From: a virus
Taxonomy: Duplodnaviria; Caudoviricetes
DNA: 54,779 nt
Strand: one strand, 5' to 3'
Virus record (IMG/VR): IMGVR_UViG_3300020084_000018
Coordinates: 1-54,779 of that record
A model generated the notes under the pieces. It searched no databases, had not been told where the DNA came from, and saw only the letters and a program-made list of their open reading frames with translations. Below are positions 38,898 to 47,539 of this stretch, piece after piece (the stretch's first letter is position 1; every line of letters begins with the position of its first letter). The position numbers and the translations under genes were made by a program.

Positions 38898-40138
38898 GCC
38901 GCTTCTTCCGTATCGTCTTCTTCCTCAGCTTCCTCTTGCCTTTTTGCTAGTAGTTCCTCGTAGGTATCTTTAGTGAAGTAGTTTCCTTCTTCCTCATCAT
39001 AGCAGGCATAACTTTCAGCAGCATCCTCAGACCATTGTTGAGTGTCAATGTAGCCATACCATGTTTTGTCAAGACTAATGATAACAGTTTCAGTAGGACC
39101 AGAAGTCCAATCTTCATGGTATTCACAGTAATTGGCACAGCAGTTTTCACCAACAGTTTCTCCTTCTACAGTAGTAACAGCAGGACCATAAATTGTATCG
39201 CCGCAGCACTCACATTTTATTCTAGCTCTTATCCAACCTTCCGTATTGCAGAAACTATAAGTGCTACCACCGAGAACAAAATAATCTCCATCATCATCCG
39301 CCTCACAGTTATTATCCATATAGGGAGCAAGAAAGACTCCCGGTTCAGTTTCAATTTTCAGGAGTTTAGCACCGTCCCAAGAATCGCTAACTTCATCAGT
39401 TTTACGAATGTCAGGATAAGTTTCCCGAATTTTTGCTTCCAGTTCGATCCCTGCCATAGTGTTAGAGACATAAGGATAGCTGTAGGTCATATCATGGAGA
39501 CAGACAAGAGTCCTAGCAGCAATTTTTCCAAACTCATTCATAAGATAATGAAGTTCAAAATCTCCACTGGCGTAAACTTCTGTTGGGTGAAATTCTCCAA
39601 AACTGTGACGCATACAAGAAGCATTAAGGCAGGCATAATTTCCGATGTTACGACCGCTTTCAGCCTCAGTCATATAAATCTCAGCAAAGTCTTTACGAGT
39701 CTTGCCAATCTTGTGTGTGTAGGTATGTTCAGCAAATTCCTCCAAGATGATGTTAGTAAGAATTTCAACTTGAAGATCATTAAAGTAAGGAGCAACCTTA
39801 CGAATGAACTTGCCGATCTTAGAGGAAGTCCGAATACCTTTCTCTTTCTTAACTTGGTTCTCGAAGTAGCTCACAGTCTTATCTTTAGCATTGAAGACAG
39901 GAGCGGTAAAAACAAGAACTGACCGAGAAATATACGCAGTCAGAAAAGCAACTTCTTGCGGGGGAGCCTTGTAGTAGGTATCAAAGTCCAAACCAGGAAA
40001 AAGTTTAATTACATTTTCCAAGTTAAAATCATCAGCGCGGAAAGGGCTGTGATGTTCATCTGCCTGCCACGGGTAAAAGCTACGCATGTTGTCAATGTGA
40101 AGCGCGCGGGTGGCGGGTGTATAGTAGTGCAGGGCCAT
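38894..40138 (-). CDS. Uncharacterised SCMRH-motif protein with C-terminal Cys cluster and acidic tail
   Basis: SD GGAGG; clear paralog of 46541-47539. Confidence 0.8.
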   Translation of the reverse strand: MALHYYTPATRALHIDNMRSFYPWQADEHHSPFRADDFNLENVIKLFPGLDFDTYYKAPPQEVAFLTAYISRSVLVFTAPVFNAKDKTVSYFENQVKKEKGIRTSSKIGKFIRKVAPYFNDLQVEILTNIILEEFAEHTYTHKIGKTRKDFAEIYMTEAESGRNIGNYACLNASCMRHSFGEFHPTEVYASGDFELHYLMNEFGKIAARTLVCLHDMTYSYPYVSNTMAGIELEAKIRETYPDIRKTDEVSDSWDGAKLLKIETEPGVFLAPYMDNNCEADDDGDYFVLGGSTYSFCNTEGWIRARIKCECCGDTIYGPAVTTVEGETVGENCCANYCEYHEDWTSGPTETVIISLDKTWYGYIDTQQWSEDAAESYACYDEEEGNYFTKDTYEELLAKRQEEAEEEDDTEEAA

Positions 40139-40180
40139 TGTGTTGCCTCCGTGTTAAGCGATTCGCGTGGTTCTTCCCCC

Positions 40181-40247
40181 TATATAGCGAGTGCGTGAGG
40201 CTTCTACAACGGGTTGACAACGGCGGTTGTATGGAGTAGGTGATTCG
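40181..40247. promoter_or_regulatory. Divergent sigma70 promoters
   Basis: Minus strand: TTGTAG-17-TATATA. Plus strand: TTGACA at ~40214. Each has a YGATTCG motif just downstream. Confidence 0.55.
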
Positions 40248-40263
40248 TAAGCCGCAACGGCAA

Positions 40264-40340
40264 GCCCGCTTGGCGCAACAGGATAGCGCAAAAGACTTCT
40301 AATCTTTAGGTTACAGGTTCGAGTCCTGTAGCGGGCACCA
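40264..40340 (+). tRNA. tRNA-Arg (anticodon TCT)
   Basis: Acceptor GCCCGCT/AGCGGGC, anticodon arm AAAGA-CTTCTAA-TCTTT, T-loop TTCGAGT, encoded CCA. Confidence 0.95.
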
Positions 40341-40367
40341 TTTCCCTAACACTGGAAAGGAAACAAG

Positions 40368-40823
40368 ATGTATCAGACTTTTGAGGAGCTAGGTTTTAAG
40401 GTAGGAGACAAAGTTAAATGTCTTAAAGAGAAGTCTGCCGGAATTTACAAAGCAGGAAAAGTTTATGAGTTAGTCCAAGGAACTTATGAACTGGTGGAAA
40501 AAGATGGTTGTGCTAATGGTTATAGTGCAGATTGGGAAAAGGTGGAAGATATGTTTGAAGATCAGTGGCACTTGAATGACGGTAAAGTAGAAATTCCTGC
40601 TGATGCAGACAAACTTGAGAAAGATGGTTCTGTTGTAGCTTTCCGTAAGCGTAAAGAACAACCCCTCAAGTTTGGTGATGATCTCGTAAGTAAGATTAGT
40701 GGCAGTAAGTTCAAGTTTATTTCTTACAAGAATAATAATCCTGCTTCCAAACTTATTAGTGTCTTGCATGAAGATGGTCATATCTCTGGTGGTTGTAACC
40801 CGGATAACTTTCTTAAGGTCTAA
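40368..40823 (+). CDS. Hypothetical protein
   Basis: SD AAGGA; F(K)VGD/FGD-type SH3-like repeats. Confidence 0.75.
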   Translation: MYQTFEELGFKVGDKVKCLKEKSAGIYKAGKVYELVQGTYELVEKDGCANGYSADWEKVEDMFEDQWHLNDGKVEIPADADKLEKDGSVVAFRKRKEQPLKFGDDLVSKISGSKFKFISYKNNNPASKLISVLHEDGHISGGCNPDNFLKV

Positions 40824-41135
40824 GTGAGTAAGAAACGCTTTAGTATTAAAGCGACAGTTTACGACAAGAGAGGGCGCGTCTTAACAACAGGGTTTAACTC
40901 TTACGATAAGACGCACCCGCTTCAAGCTAAATACGCTATACAAGTTGGCCTAGAAAATAAGATATATCTACATGCAGAGTTAGCTGCATTAGCCAAACTT
41001 CGTAAGCATCATCGCCCCTATAAAATAGTGGTAGAAAGATATTTGGAAGATGGTTCTAAAGCCATTGCCAAGCCTTGTCCAATCTGTCAAACCGCAATCG
41101 AATCCTATGGGATTAAAAAGGTAGAACACACATGA
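40824..41135 (+). CDS. Zn-dependent cytidine/dCMP deaminase-like protein
   Basis: LHAE...KPCPIC motif. Confidence 0.8.
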   Translation: MSKKRFSIKATVYDKRGRVLTTGFNSYDKTHPLQAKYAIQVGLENKIYLHAELAALAKLRKHHRPYKIVVERYLEDGSKAIAKPCPICQTAIESYGIKKVEHT

Positions 41136-41470
41136 TTAATGCAGCAGACAAAGCCAAATGGCTAGAAGAACTTCGCTCTGGTAATCATCGTCAGGTTAAA
41201 GAGCGACTTAAAGGATACACAGACGATGGTGAAGTTGGTTTATGTTGTCTCGGTGTCCTAGAGGAAAAGGTCTTTGGTAACGAGCAGGAAATTTACCCTA
41301 TGTCTGACGATGAGTGTCATATTCCCGATGAACGTATGAGGACATATACAATACTCCGAGAAAAACTTGGTGAGGTAGAAGTTAGCCTAGTATCAAACTA
41401 TAATGATAGTGGTTGGACTTTTGCAGAGATCGCAGATTGGATTGAGGAAAACGTAGATGCAACAACGTGA
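41132..41470 (+). CDS. Hypothetical protein
   Basis: W.E.LRSG, CCLGV and ND.G.TF.EIAD.IE pattern; ATGA coupling. Confidence 0.75.
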   Translation: MINAADKAKWLEELRSGNHRQVKERLKGYTDDGEVGLCCLGVLEEKVFGNEQEIYPMSDDECHIPDERMRTYTILREKLGEVEVSLVSNYNDSGWTFAEIADWIEENVDATT

Positions 41471-41707
41471 ACCAGATGGTTATGGCGCTATAATTCTTTT
41501 CCTGGTTTGTTTTATACTTCTGATGCTCTTTCTAATGCTAAATACATCAGAACCTCGTCCGTATATGTGTGAACCTATTTCTGGCCATTGCCTACAGATG
41601 GTGCCTAAATGTATCTGCTTTTCGTTCTTGTAGTTTTTCTAATCTTCCTCAAGCTAGAAGGAAATGAGGGATGCTGATTGGTAGTAGGGCAATCGCCTAT
41701 TGGAAAA

Positions 41708-41938
41708 ATGACTAAATTCACTCCACCACCTGTAGTGGTTCCCCCTGCAACCTACAAACTAGAACTGTCAGAAGAAGAAATGGTAGTTCTGGCTTCCCTC
41801 GTAGGAAAAGTCTGTGGCGGCACTAAGTTCGGTAGCATTTGTTCCAAACTTTGGGATGCTGGTTTTGAGCAGTTCCATGAACACAAAGACTATGTGCATA
41901 GTTTCAAGGATGACACAGATGGACTAAAGGCACCCTAA
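41708..41938 (+). CDS. Hypothetical protein, paralog of 50785-51042
   Basis: PATYKLELSEEEMVVL shared motif. Confidence 0.7.
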   Translation: MTKFTPPPVVVPPATYKLELSEEEMVVLASLVGKVCGGTKFGSICSKLWDAGFEQFHEHKDYVHSFKDDTDGLKAP

Positions 41939-41963
41939 TACTATAGTATTATTACTGATATGT

Positions 41964-42072
41964 ATTATTAATAACTAATATAATATATATATATATCATC
42001 TATAGTATCATTACTATAGTAATGTAGGGACGACCTTGTAGCTTGTCAAGGGGTAGGTTCAAAATAAAGTTG
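41964..42072 (-). repeat. Dispersed promoter/hairpin element, copy B
   Basis: 29-bp core at 41995-42023 identical to 32521-32549; TTGACA-17-TACATT. Confidence 0.85.
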
Positions 42073-42317
42073 TAGGCGTGACTCACGCGACACAAGAGTC
42101 ACTGTTGCGCCTATGACACACAACAAACAATCAACCTTGGAGGGGTTGTAGGTCCATGAACAAGACACTATATAACGCTAAGACTGGCTGGATTGTAGTC
42201 CATCTGTCCGCATACATTGCATGGCAGGGACACATCAGCGAGCTTCCCACCAAATATGAATCCTTGCTCTACAAAGGTCAAGAGCAACACTATTCACAAT
42301 CAGCTTAAGGATAAAAA

Positions 42318-42686
42318 ATGAGTCTGTTTAAGATTAAAGATACCGAGAAATTCGGAACGGTTCTAGCTACTGACAGTAAAGGCATGAAAGTCTTTGAAGT
42401 CAAAGGTGGCGGTATTGAAGTTGTAAAAGCTGACCAGATCGAAGAAGTTCTTCCTTTCACTTTCAGTGTTAGCTTCGATCAATCCCAAAATGCCTCGGCT
42501 AAGGAATATCATTTCTTTGGTGAAGAAGGTCAGTTTAAGATTGGTGATCTACTGATCTATGATCAAGGTTTCCATCTTGGCTTCTGCCGTGTCACTGGCC
42601 TCGATACCAAAAACCGGAAAGCTACCAAACAATTCTCTGGTTACAAACTAGCTGCTACTCCTATTAACGCAACCGAGCAATTTTAA
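42318..42686 (+). CDS. Hypothetical protein
   Basis: SD AAGGA, 122-aa ORF. Confidence 0.75.
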   Translation: MSLFKIKDTEKFGTVLATDSKGMKVFEVKGGGIEVVKADQIEEVLPFTFSVSFDQSQNASAKEYHFFGEEGQFKIGDLLIYDQGFHLGFCRVTGLDTKNRKATKQFSGYKLAATPINATEQF

Positions 42687-42695
42687 GAGGGTCTA

Positions 42696-43085
42696 ATGAC
42701 CGACAACAAACTGTTTATTATTCGTGGACTTCCTGGTTCTGGTAAATCAACTTATGCCAAAGCACTTCTTGCAAATGGTATGGTTAGTCAACATCTGGAA
42801 GCAGATGAATTTATGACTGACGATCAGGGCAACTATAAGTTTGACCCTAGCATCCTACAGAAGTGTCACCAACAGTGCCAAATGTGGGTGAAATACTATC
42901 TAGATAAAGGTGAGAATGTTGCAGTTGCAAACACCTTTACTCGTAAATGGGAAATCGTGCCATACACTCGTATGGGTTATACCTTTGAAGTCATTACTAT
43001 GACCGGAGAATATAAGAACATTCACGGTGTTCCAGATCAAGTTATCAAACAAATGAAACATCGTTGGGAGAAGTGGCTTAACTAA
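42696..43085 (+). CDS. P-loop kinase (AAA_33/polynucleotide kinase-like)
   Basis: IRGLPGSGKST, EAD, NTF and HGVP motifs. Confidence 0.85.
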   Translation: MTDNKLFIIRGLPGSGKSTYAKALLANGMVSQHLEADEFMTDDQGNYKFDPSILQKCHQQCQMWVKYYLDKGENVAVANTFTRKWEIVPYTRMGYTFEVITMTGEYKNIHGVPDQVIKQMKHRWEKWLN

Positions 43086-43564
43086 TGATAACACAATCTT
43101 TAATTAAAGAATACCTAACGTATCATGATGGCCACTTACATTGGATCAAAGATCGGCAGGGTTGTAAAGTCGGTGATTCATTTGGTGGACCCAATAATGG
43201 TTATATACGTGGTGGCTTCTTTGGTAAAAGATTTTATGAACATCGTCTTGTCTGGTTCTATCATCACGGAGAGTGGCCAATGTATTTAGATCATATCAAT
43301 GGTGATAGAACCGACAACAGAATTGAAAATCTAAGAGTGTGTACTCAACAGCAAAACACTTACAATACTCGATCAAGACCATTGTCAACATCTATCTATA
43401 AAGGTGTCCACTATAGGAAAGATACAGGAAAATGGGTTGCTCAATACACACACAATGGTAAAAACATTCATATTGGGTGTTTTAACGATGAAACAGATGC
43501 TTCAAATGCCTATAGGGCTGCTACAGAAGTATTACATAAGGATTTTGCCAATGAGCAAGTTTAA
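43085..43564 (+). CDS. HNH-AP2 homing endonuclease
   Basis: EHRLVW, LDHINGDRTDNRIENLR; YKGV...GKW. Confidence 0.9.
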   Translation: MITQSLIKEYLTYHDGHLHWIKDRQGCKVGDSFGGPNNGYIRGGFFGKRFYEHRLVWFYHHGEWPMYLDHINGDRTDNRIENLRVCTQQQNTYNTRSRPLSTSIYKGVHYRKDTGKWVAQYTHNGKNIHIGCFNDETDASNAYRAATEVLHKDFANEQV

Positions 43565-43730
43565 TTTTAACCCTGATGCAACACAACGCGCACTAAAGTT
43601 TGTGCGTCAATTCCACCGCAATCGTATCCTACGGTTTCTTAAAGGTCGTCAGTTTAAGGACGTAGAAAATACTACGGACCTACAACGTAGCAAAGATATG
43701 ATGATTGCTCTTAACGAGGTAATCCAGTAA
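43551..43730 (+). CDS. Small basic hypothetical protein
   Basis: SD AAGGA before ATG 43551. Confidence 0.55.
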   Translation: MSKFNFNPDATQRALKFVRQFHRNRILRFLKGRQFKDVENTTDLQRSKDMMIALNEVIQ

Positions 43731-43925
43731 ATGTATAGTAAGTTACTCGACTGGTGTATTAGCCAACCAAATTGGATTGGGTTTCCTATCTGGCTTGCTG
43801 CTAGTGTAGTTCTACCAACTATTCTGCTTTTGGCAATCCTGACTATTAGTCCTTGGATGCTACTAACGGTTCCTGTTATTTGGCTGATTGCTGTGGCTAT
43901 CCACTATAGTAAAAAAGGAAAGTAA
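43731..43925 (+). CDS. Small membrane protein
   Basis: Two hydrophobic segments; SD GAGG. Confidence 0.65.
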   Translation: MYSKLLDWCISQPNWIGFPIWLAASVVLPTILLLAILTISPWMLLTVPVIWLIAVAIHYSKKGK

Positions 43926-45550
43926 TGGAACTCAAACACAAACCGTGTCCTTTCTGTAGAAGCACAGACGCTTTTAGCTACTCTACAGAGAATGGTTTGT
44001 TCCGTTGTTTCTCGTGCGAGGCGACTCCATCTAAAAAAGGTGGACTCGTCTTCGACGGGAAAACACTGACAGCCTTTAAGGACAAGAAGCAAAAAGAGGA
44101 AAGTATTTACTTGGAACCATACGTCCGAAATTATCGGGGTATCAGTGAGAAGGTTATGAACCAAGTTGGCGCTTATTTCACTAAGACCGACGATGGAAAA
44201 GAAACCGTTCACTATGTTTATCCTAATGCGACTAAAAGTCGTCAGCTACCAAAGTATATTACCTGCCAAGGAACACTAGATGGTTTCTATGGTCAAGACG
44301 ATTACTCTGGTGGTAAAGTAATTACTATCACAGAAGGTGAGGAAGATCGGCTTTCGGTCATTCAGATTATGGGCGATTGGCCTGTTGTGTCTGTCCCTAA
44401 TGCTGCACCTTCTAAAGACTTCTGGAAGAACGCTAGGGAATACCTTGGCAACTTTGAGAAGATCGTTCTGTCCATTGATAACGATGAACCCGGTGATAAG
44501 CTAGTTGAGAAATTCTTCCGGCTATTTCCAGGAAAAGTATATCGTATCAATCATGGCTCCTACAAAGATGCTAACGAGTTTCTTCTAGCAGGGGCAGGAC
44601 AAGATTATAAGTCTGCATGGTGGAACGCTCAGAAGGTTAAGCCTGACGGAGTTAATACTACAGCAGAAGACTTCCTAAAGGTATATGACGAGACACCAAA
44701 CTATGAATACTTTAAGACAGGAATTGCTGGCCTTGATGAAAAGATGCTTGGCATTCATAAGGGCGCTTTTACGATGGTTCTTGCGCCTACTGGAATCGGG
44801 AAAACAGAGTTCTTTCGCTACCTAGAGCATCAATGCTACAAGAATAGTGAATACTCGTTTGCCTTCTGTCATGGCGAAGAAACAGAACTTCGTTCTCTAT
44901 TGGGTCTAGCATCGTATGAGCTACAAACTAGCGTCATTCGTAAAGACTTGATTGAGGAAAAGGGTCTGGACAAAGAAGTTCGGGAGACACTAAAGAAGTT
45001 TGGTGAGAGCGAAAGACTATATCAGTTCAAGATTGCCCTAGATGCTGACGTGGACGATATTGTAGAGGAAATCACTTTCTTGGCTACTGCTATGGGCGTA
45101 GATTTCTTCTTCATTGAGCCTATTCAGGACTTCATTAGCGGTGATACCTCCACTAAGGAAAACAAACTTACAGACTTGGCTAACAAGATGAAACGTATGT
45201 GTCCTGAGTTGAACATTGGTATCGTAGTAATTGCACACGCTAACGAAGATGGGGATGCGAAATACTGTAAGTCTCTTACCCAATCAGCAGCGTTTGAAAT
45301 TGTTCTTTCCCGTGATACGGAGTCAGATGATCCAGAAATTAAGAACACAACTCACGTTAACGTGGGCAGGAAGAACCGCACGGGCGGGGGCTCAGGGCCA
45401 GCGGGCAGCTTGACGTTCAACCTTGACTCGTATAGCTTGACTCCTGTTGACCGTGTGACCGAATCAGCCCCTAGCAAGGCTGGCAAGAAACAAAGTGTCA
45501 TAGTTCGGGGCAACAATCCCAAAGACATTGAAGATGAGATTCCATTTTAG
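43925..45550 (+). CDS. T7-like DNA primase-helicase
   Basis: CPFC..CFSC Zn finger, ITEGEED and DND..G TOPRIM motifs, APTGIGKT Walker A, KNR. Confidence 0.92.
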   Translation: MELKHKPCPFCRSTDAFSYSTENGLFRCFSCEATPSKKGGLVFDGKTLTAFKDKKQKEESIYLEPYVRNYRGISEKVMNQVGAYFTKTDDGKETVHYVYPNATKSRQLPKYITCQGTLDGFYGQDDYSGGKVITITEGEEDRLSVIQIMGDWPVVSVPNAAPSKDFWKNAREYLGNFEKIVLSIDNDEPGDKLVEKFFRLFPGKVYRINHGSYKDANEFLLAGAGQDYKSAWWNAQKVKPDGVNTTAEDFLKVYDETPNYEYFKTGIAGLDEKMLGIHKGAFTMVLAPTGIGKTEFFRYLEHQCYKNSEYSFAFCHGEETELRSLLGLASYELQTSVIRKDLIEEKGLDKEVRETLKKFGESERLYQFKIALDADVDDIVEEITFLATAMGVDFFFIEPIQDFISGDTSTKENKLTDLANKMKRMCPELNIGIVVIAHANEDGDAKYCKSLTQSAAFEIVLSRDTESDDPEIKNTTHVNVGRKNRTGGGSGPAGSLTFNLDSYSLTPVDRVTESAPSKAGKKQSVIVRGNNPKDIEDEIPF

Positions 45551-45579
45551 GAATTTCTGTGGTAACGAAAGGATAAAGT

Positions 45580-45921
45580 ATGCGGCAACCACTATACAAG
45601 TTCGGTGATCGTTTCTGCAAAGAAGTTACAGCGGAAGTCATGGGAAGCAAGATCAGCGGAACTGCCTACGTTTTTGTAACCGGAATTAGTTTGCACTCTA
45701 CAATGCAGGGAAACGAGTTTAGGTATAAGCTTTCCAACAATATGCCTCAAGCTTACTCTGAGCCTCAAACAGTAGAACATTCTATCTCAGAACAACAACT
45801 AACGAGAATGTGGCAACTAGCTAACCCTGTTGCAGATGCACCTATTTATATTCCACCAGTAACGGAGCCTGATAATGACAATGCAGACGGAATTTCAGAA
45901 GTGGTATCTGAGGAACCTTGA
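45580..45921 (+). CDS. Hypothetical protein
   Basis: SD AAGGA; in operon. Confidence 0.7.
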   Translation: MRQPLYKFGDRFCKEVTAEVMGSKISGTAYVFVTGISLHSTMQGNEFRYKLSNNMPQAYSEPQTVEHSISEQQLTRMWQLANPVADAPIYIPPVTEPDNDNADGISEVVSEEP

Positions 45922-46075
45922 GCGTGAACTAGTTGACAAGTTCTACGAAGAAAGGTTTGACCTTACTTATGTAGAGACTATCCTGGAAATGGCTTTTGAT
46001 GCTGGAAGGGATTTTGGATATACAGAAGGTTATGCTGATGGTAGTTCAGATGGTTATGTTAGTAGGTCCAGTTAA
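45875..46075 (+). CDS. Small hypothetical protein
   Basis: AFDAG..GY.EGY.DG repeats; coupled to the exonuclease ORF. Confidence 0.6.
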   Translation: MTMQTEFQKWYLRNLERELVDKFYEERFDLTYVETILEMAFDAGRDFGYTEGYADGSSDGYVSRSS

Positions 46076-46536
46076 TGTTTGAATATGTCTTCGACCTAGA
46101 GGCTGATGGACTTCTGGACACTATCACTAAAATCCATTGTCTGTCCTACAAGAGAGTAGATGGGGATAAGGCGTATACGATATATGACCCTGATGAAATG
46201 GTAAGATTTTTTAATCCGCCAGATTGTTCCACAAACATTTACATCGGACACCATATCATAGGGTATGACTTCAAAGCCCTAAAGAAAATCTACGGTATCG
46301 AGCGGCCTAAATATCTGGTCGATACATTGGGACTATCGTGGTATCTTCATCCTGACAGGGCAGAACACGGCCTAGAAAGTTATGGTGAGGACTATGGAGT
46401 TCCTAAACCAAAGATCAACGATTGGCACAACCTTACCATTGAGGAATATACCAATCGTTGTGAGACTGATGTAGAAATCAACCGCAGACTGTGGCTTGAC
46501 CTAAAACGTAAATTGCAAAAAATCTATTCGGAGTGA
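46075..46536 (+). CDS. DNA polymerase A, piece 1: 3'-5' exonuclease domain
   Basis: ExoI FDLEAD, ExoII GHHIIGYD, ExoIII Y..RC..DV. Confidence 0.88.
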   Translation: MFEYVFDLEADGLLDTITKIHCLSYKRVDGDKAYTIYDPDEMVRFFNPPDCSTNIYIGHHIIGYDFKALKKIYGIERPKYLVDTLGLSWYLHPDRAEHGLESYGEDYGVPKPKINDWHNLTIEEYTNRCETDVEINRRLWLDLKRKLQKIYSE

Positions 46537-46540
46537 GTTA

Positions 46541-47539
46541 ATGCAGTTCGACAAATACAAAGAGTTTTACAACGCAATTGTGCCACCACTAGCTGCGTCT
46601 GATGTTAGAACTGACGATGATCTTTACAATAAGATTGCTAACTGTGCTTGCATTTATGACTTTTGGTGTGAAGGTTTTCGTCAAGGGATATTCGATAGTG
46701 AACTTGACCACTACTACCAAGTAGATGCAGAGTTCTATCGTAAAATCCGAACTTTCTACAAACTATACTCCCCCGTAATTAAGCCCGAACTAGCTACTGT
46801 TGGTGAGATTGAGATTAACGTTATCAATAAACGACTAGAGCGCACGGGTAAAAAGACTAACGTCAAGATCGGTCGTGCTTTGGGTCTAATCGCACCTTTC
46901 CTTACTGACAGGAATAAAGAGTCTATTGCCACTTGGGTTAAGGATACCTACTCACCGCTAGACCTGAACTTCAATATGGTTGAAACAGGTTTTGAAGATA
47001 TTGTGACCATGAGGCAACGTCGAGCCACGCATTTTAATACTACCAAGTATTTCAAGCAGATCGACAACTCCTGTATGCGACATGCCAAACACTATTTTGG
47101 TTTAGAGAAATATCATCCCTATACTGCTTACGAGAGTGGTGACTTCCTTCTAGCTTATGCGACGGATGAGGAAAACAAACTTGCAGGTAGGGCTCTAGTT
47201 CACAAAGACAGTAAGACATTCTCTGCTATCTACGGAGTATCTAAACCTGCTGTTGATTTCATCCACGAGAAGCTAAAGACAGAAGGTTATCGCTTTGTAG
47301 ATGAGGAAGGTATGGCTTGGGAGGGTGCTAAACTTCTTCACTTAATTGATGATTGGGAAAACCCTGATGATCCAGATGAACATGGAGAAGTGGTTATTGC
47401 TCCTTATGTAGATTTCTGGGACAGTGAGGAAGCCTACACAGATGGGGAATATATTCATCTAGTTAACGAACGCCCCGACGATGGAAAGAAATACAAGAGA
47501 TTGGATATGTGCTTTGCGGAAGGATTTAATGAACTCTAA
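46541..47539 (+). CDS. Uncharacterised SCMRH-motif protein inserted between polymerase pieces
   Basis: Shares KIG, AP, SCMRH, HP..Y.SGDF, W.GAKLL and APY.D with 38894-40138. Confidence 0.8.
   Translation: MQFDKYKEFYNAIVPPLAASDVRTDDDLYNKIANCACIYDFWCEGFRQGIFDSELDHYYQVDAEFYRKIRTFYKLYSPVIKPELATVGEIEINVINKRLERTGKKTNVKIGRALGLIAPFLTDRNKESIATWVKDTYSPLDLNFNMVETGFEDIVTMRQRRATHFNTTKYFKQIDNSCMRHAKHYFGLEKYHPYTAYESGDFLLAYATDEENKLAGRALVHKDSKTFSAIYGVSKPAVDFIHEKLKTEGYRFVDEEGMAWEGAKLLHLIDDWENPDDPDEHGEVVIAPYVDFWDSEEAYTDGEYIHLVNERPDDGKKYKRLDMCFAEGFNEL

Noticed and set aside
39035-39922. 295-aa + strand ORF
   Set aside because: It is an antisense shadow of the SCMRH gene, which has an SD, a paralog and operon coupling. 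The translation has no recognisable motifs.
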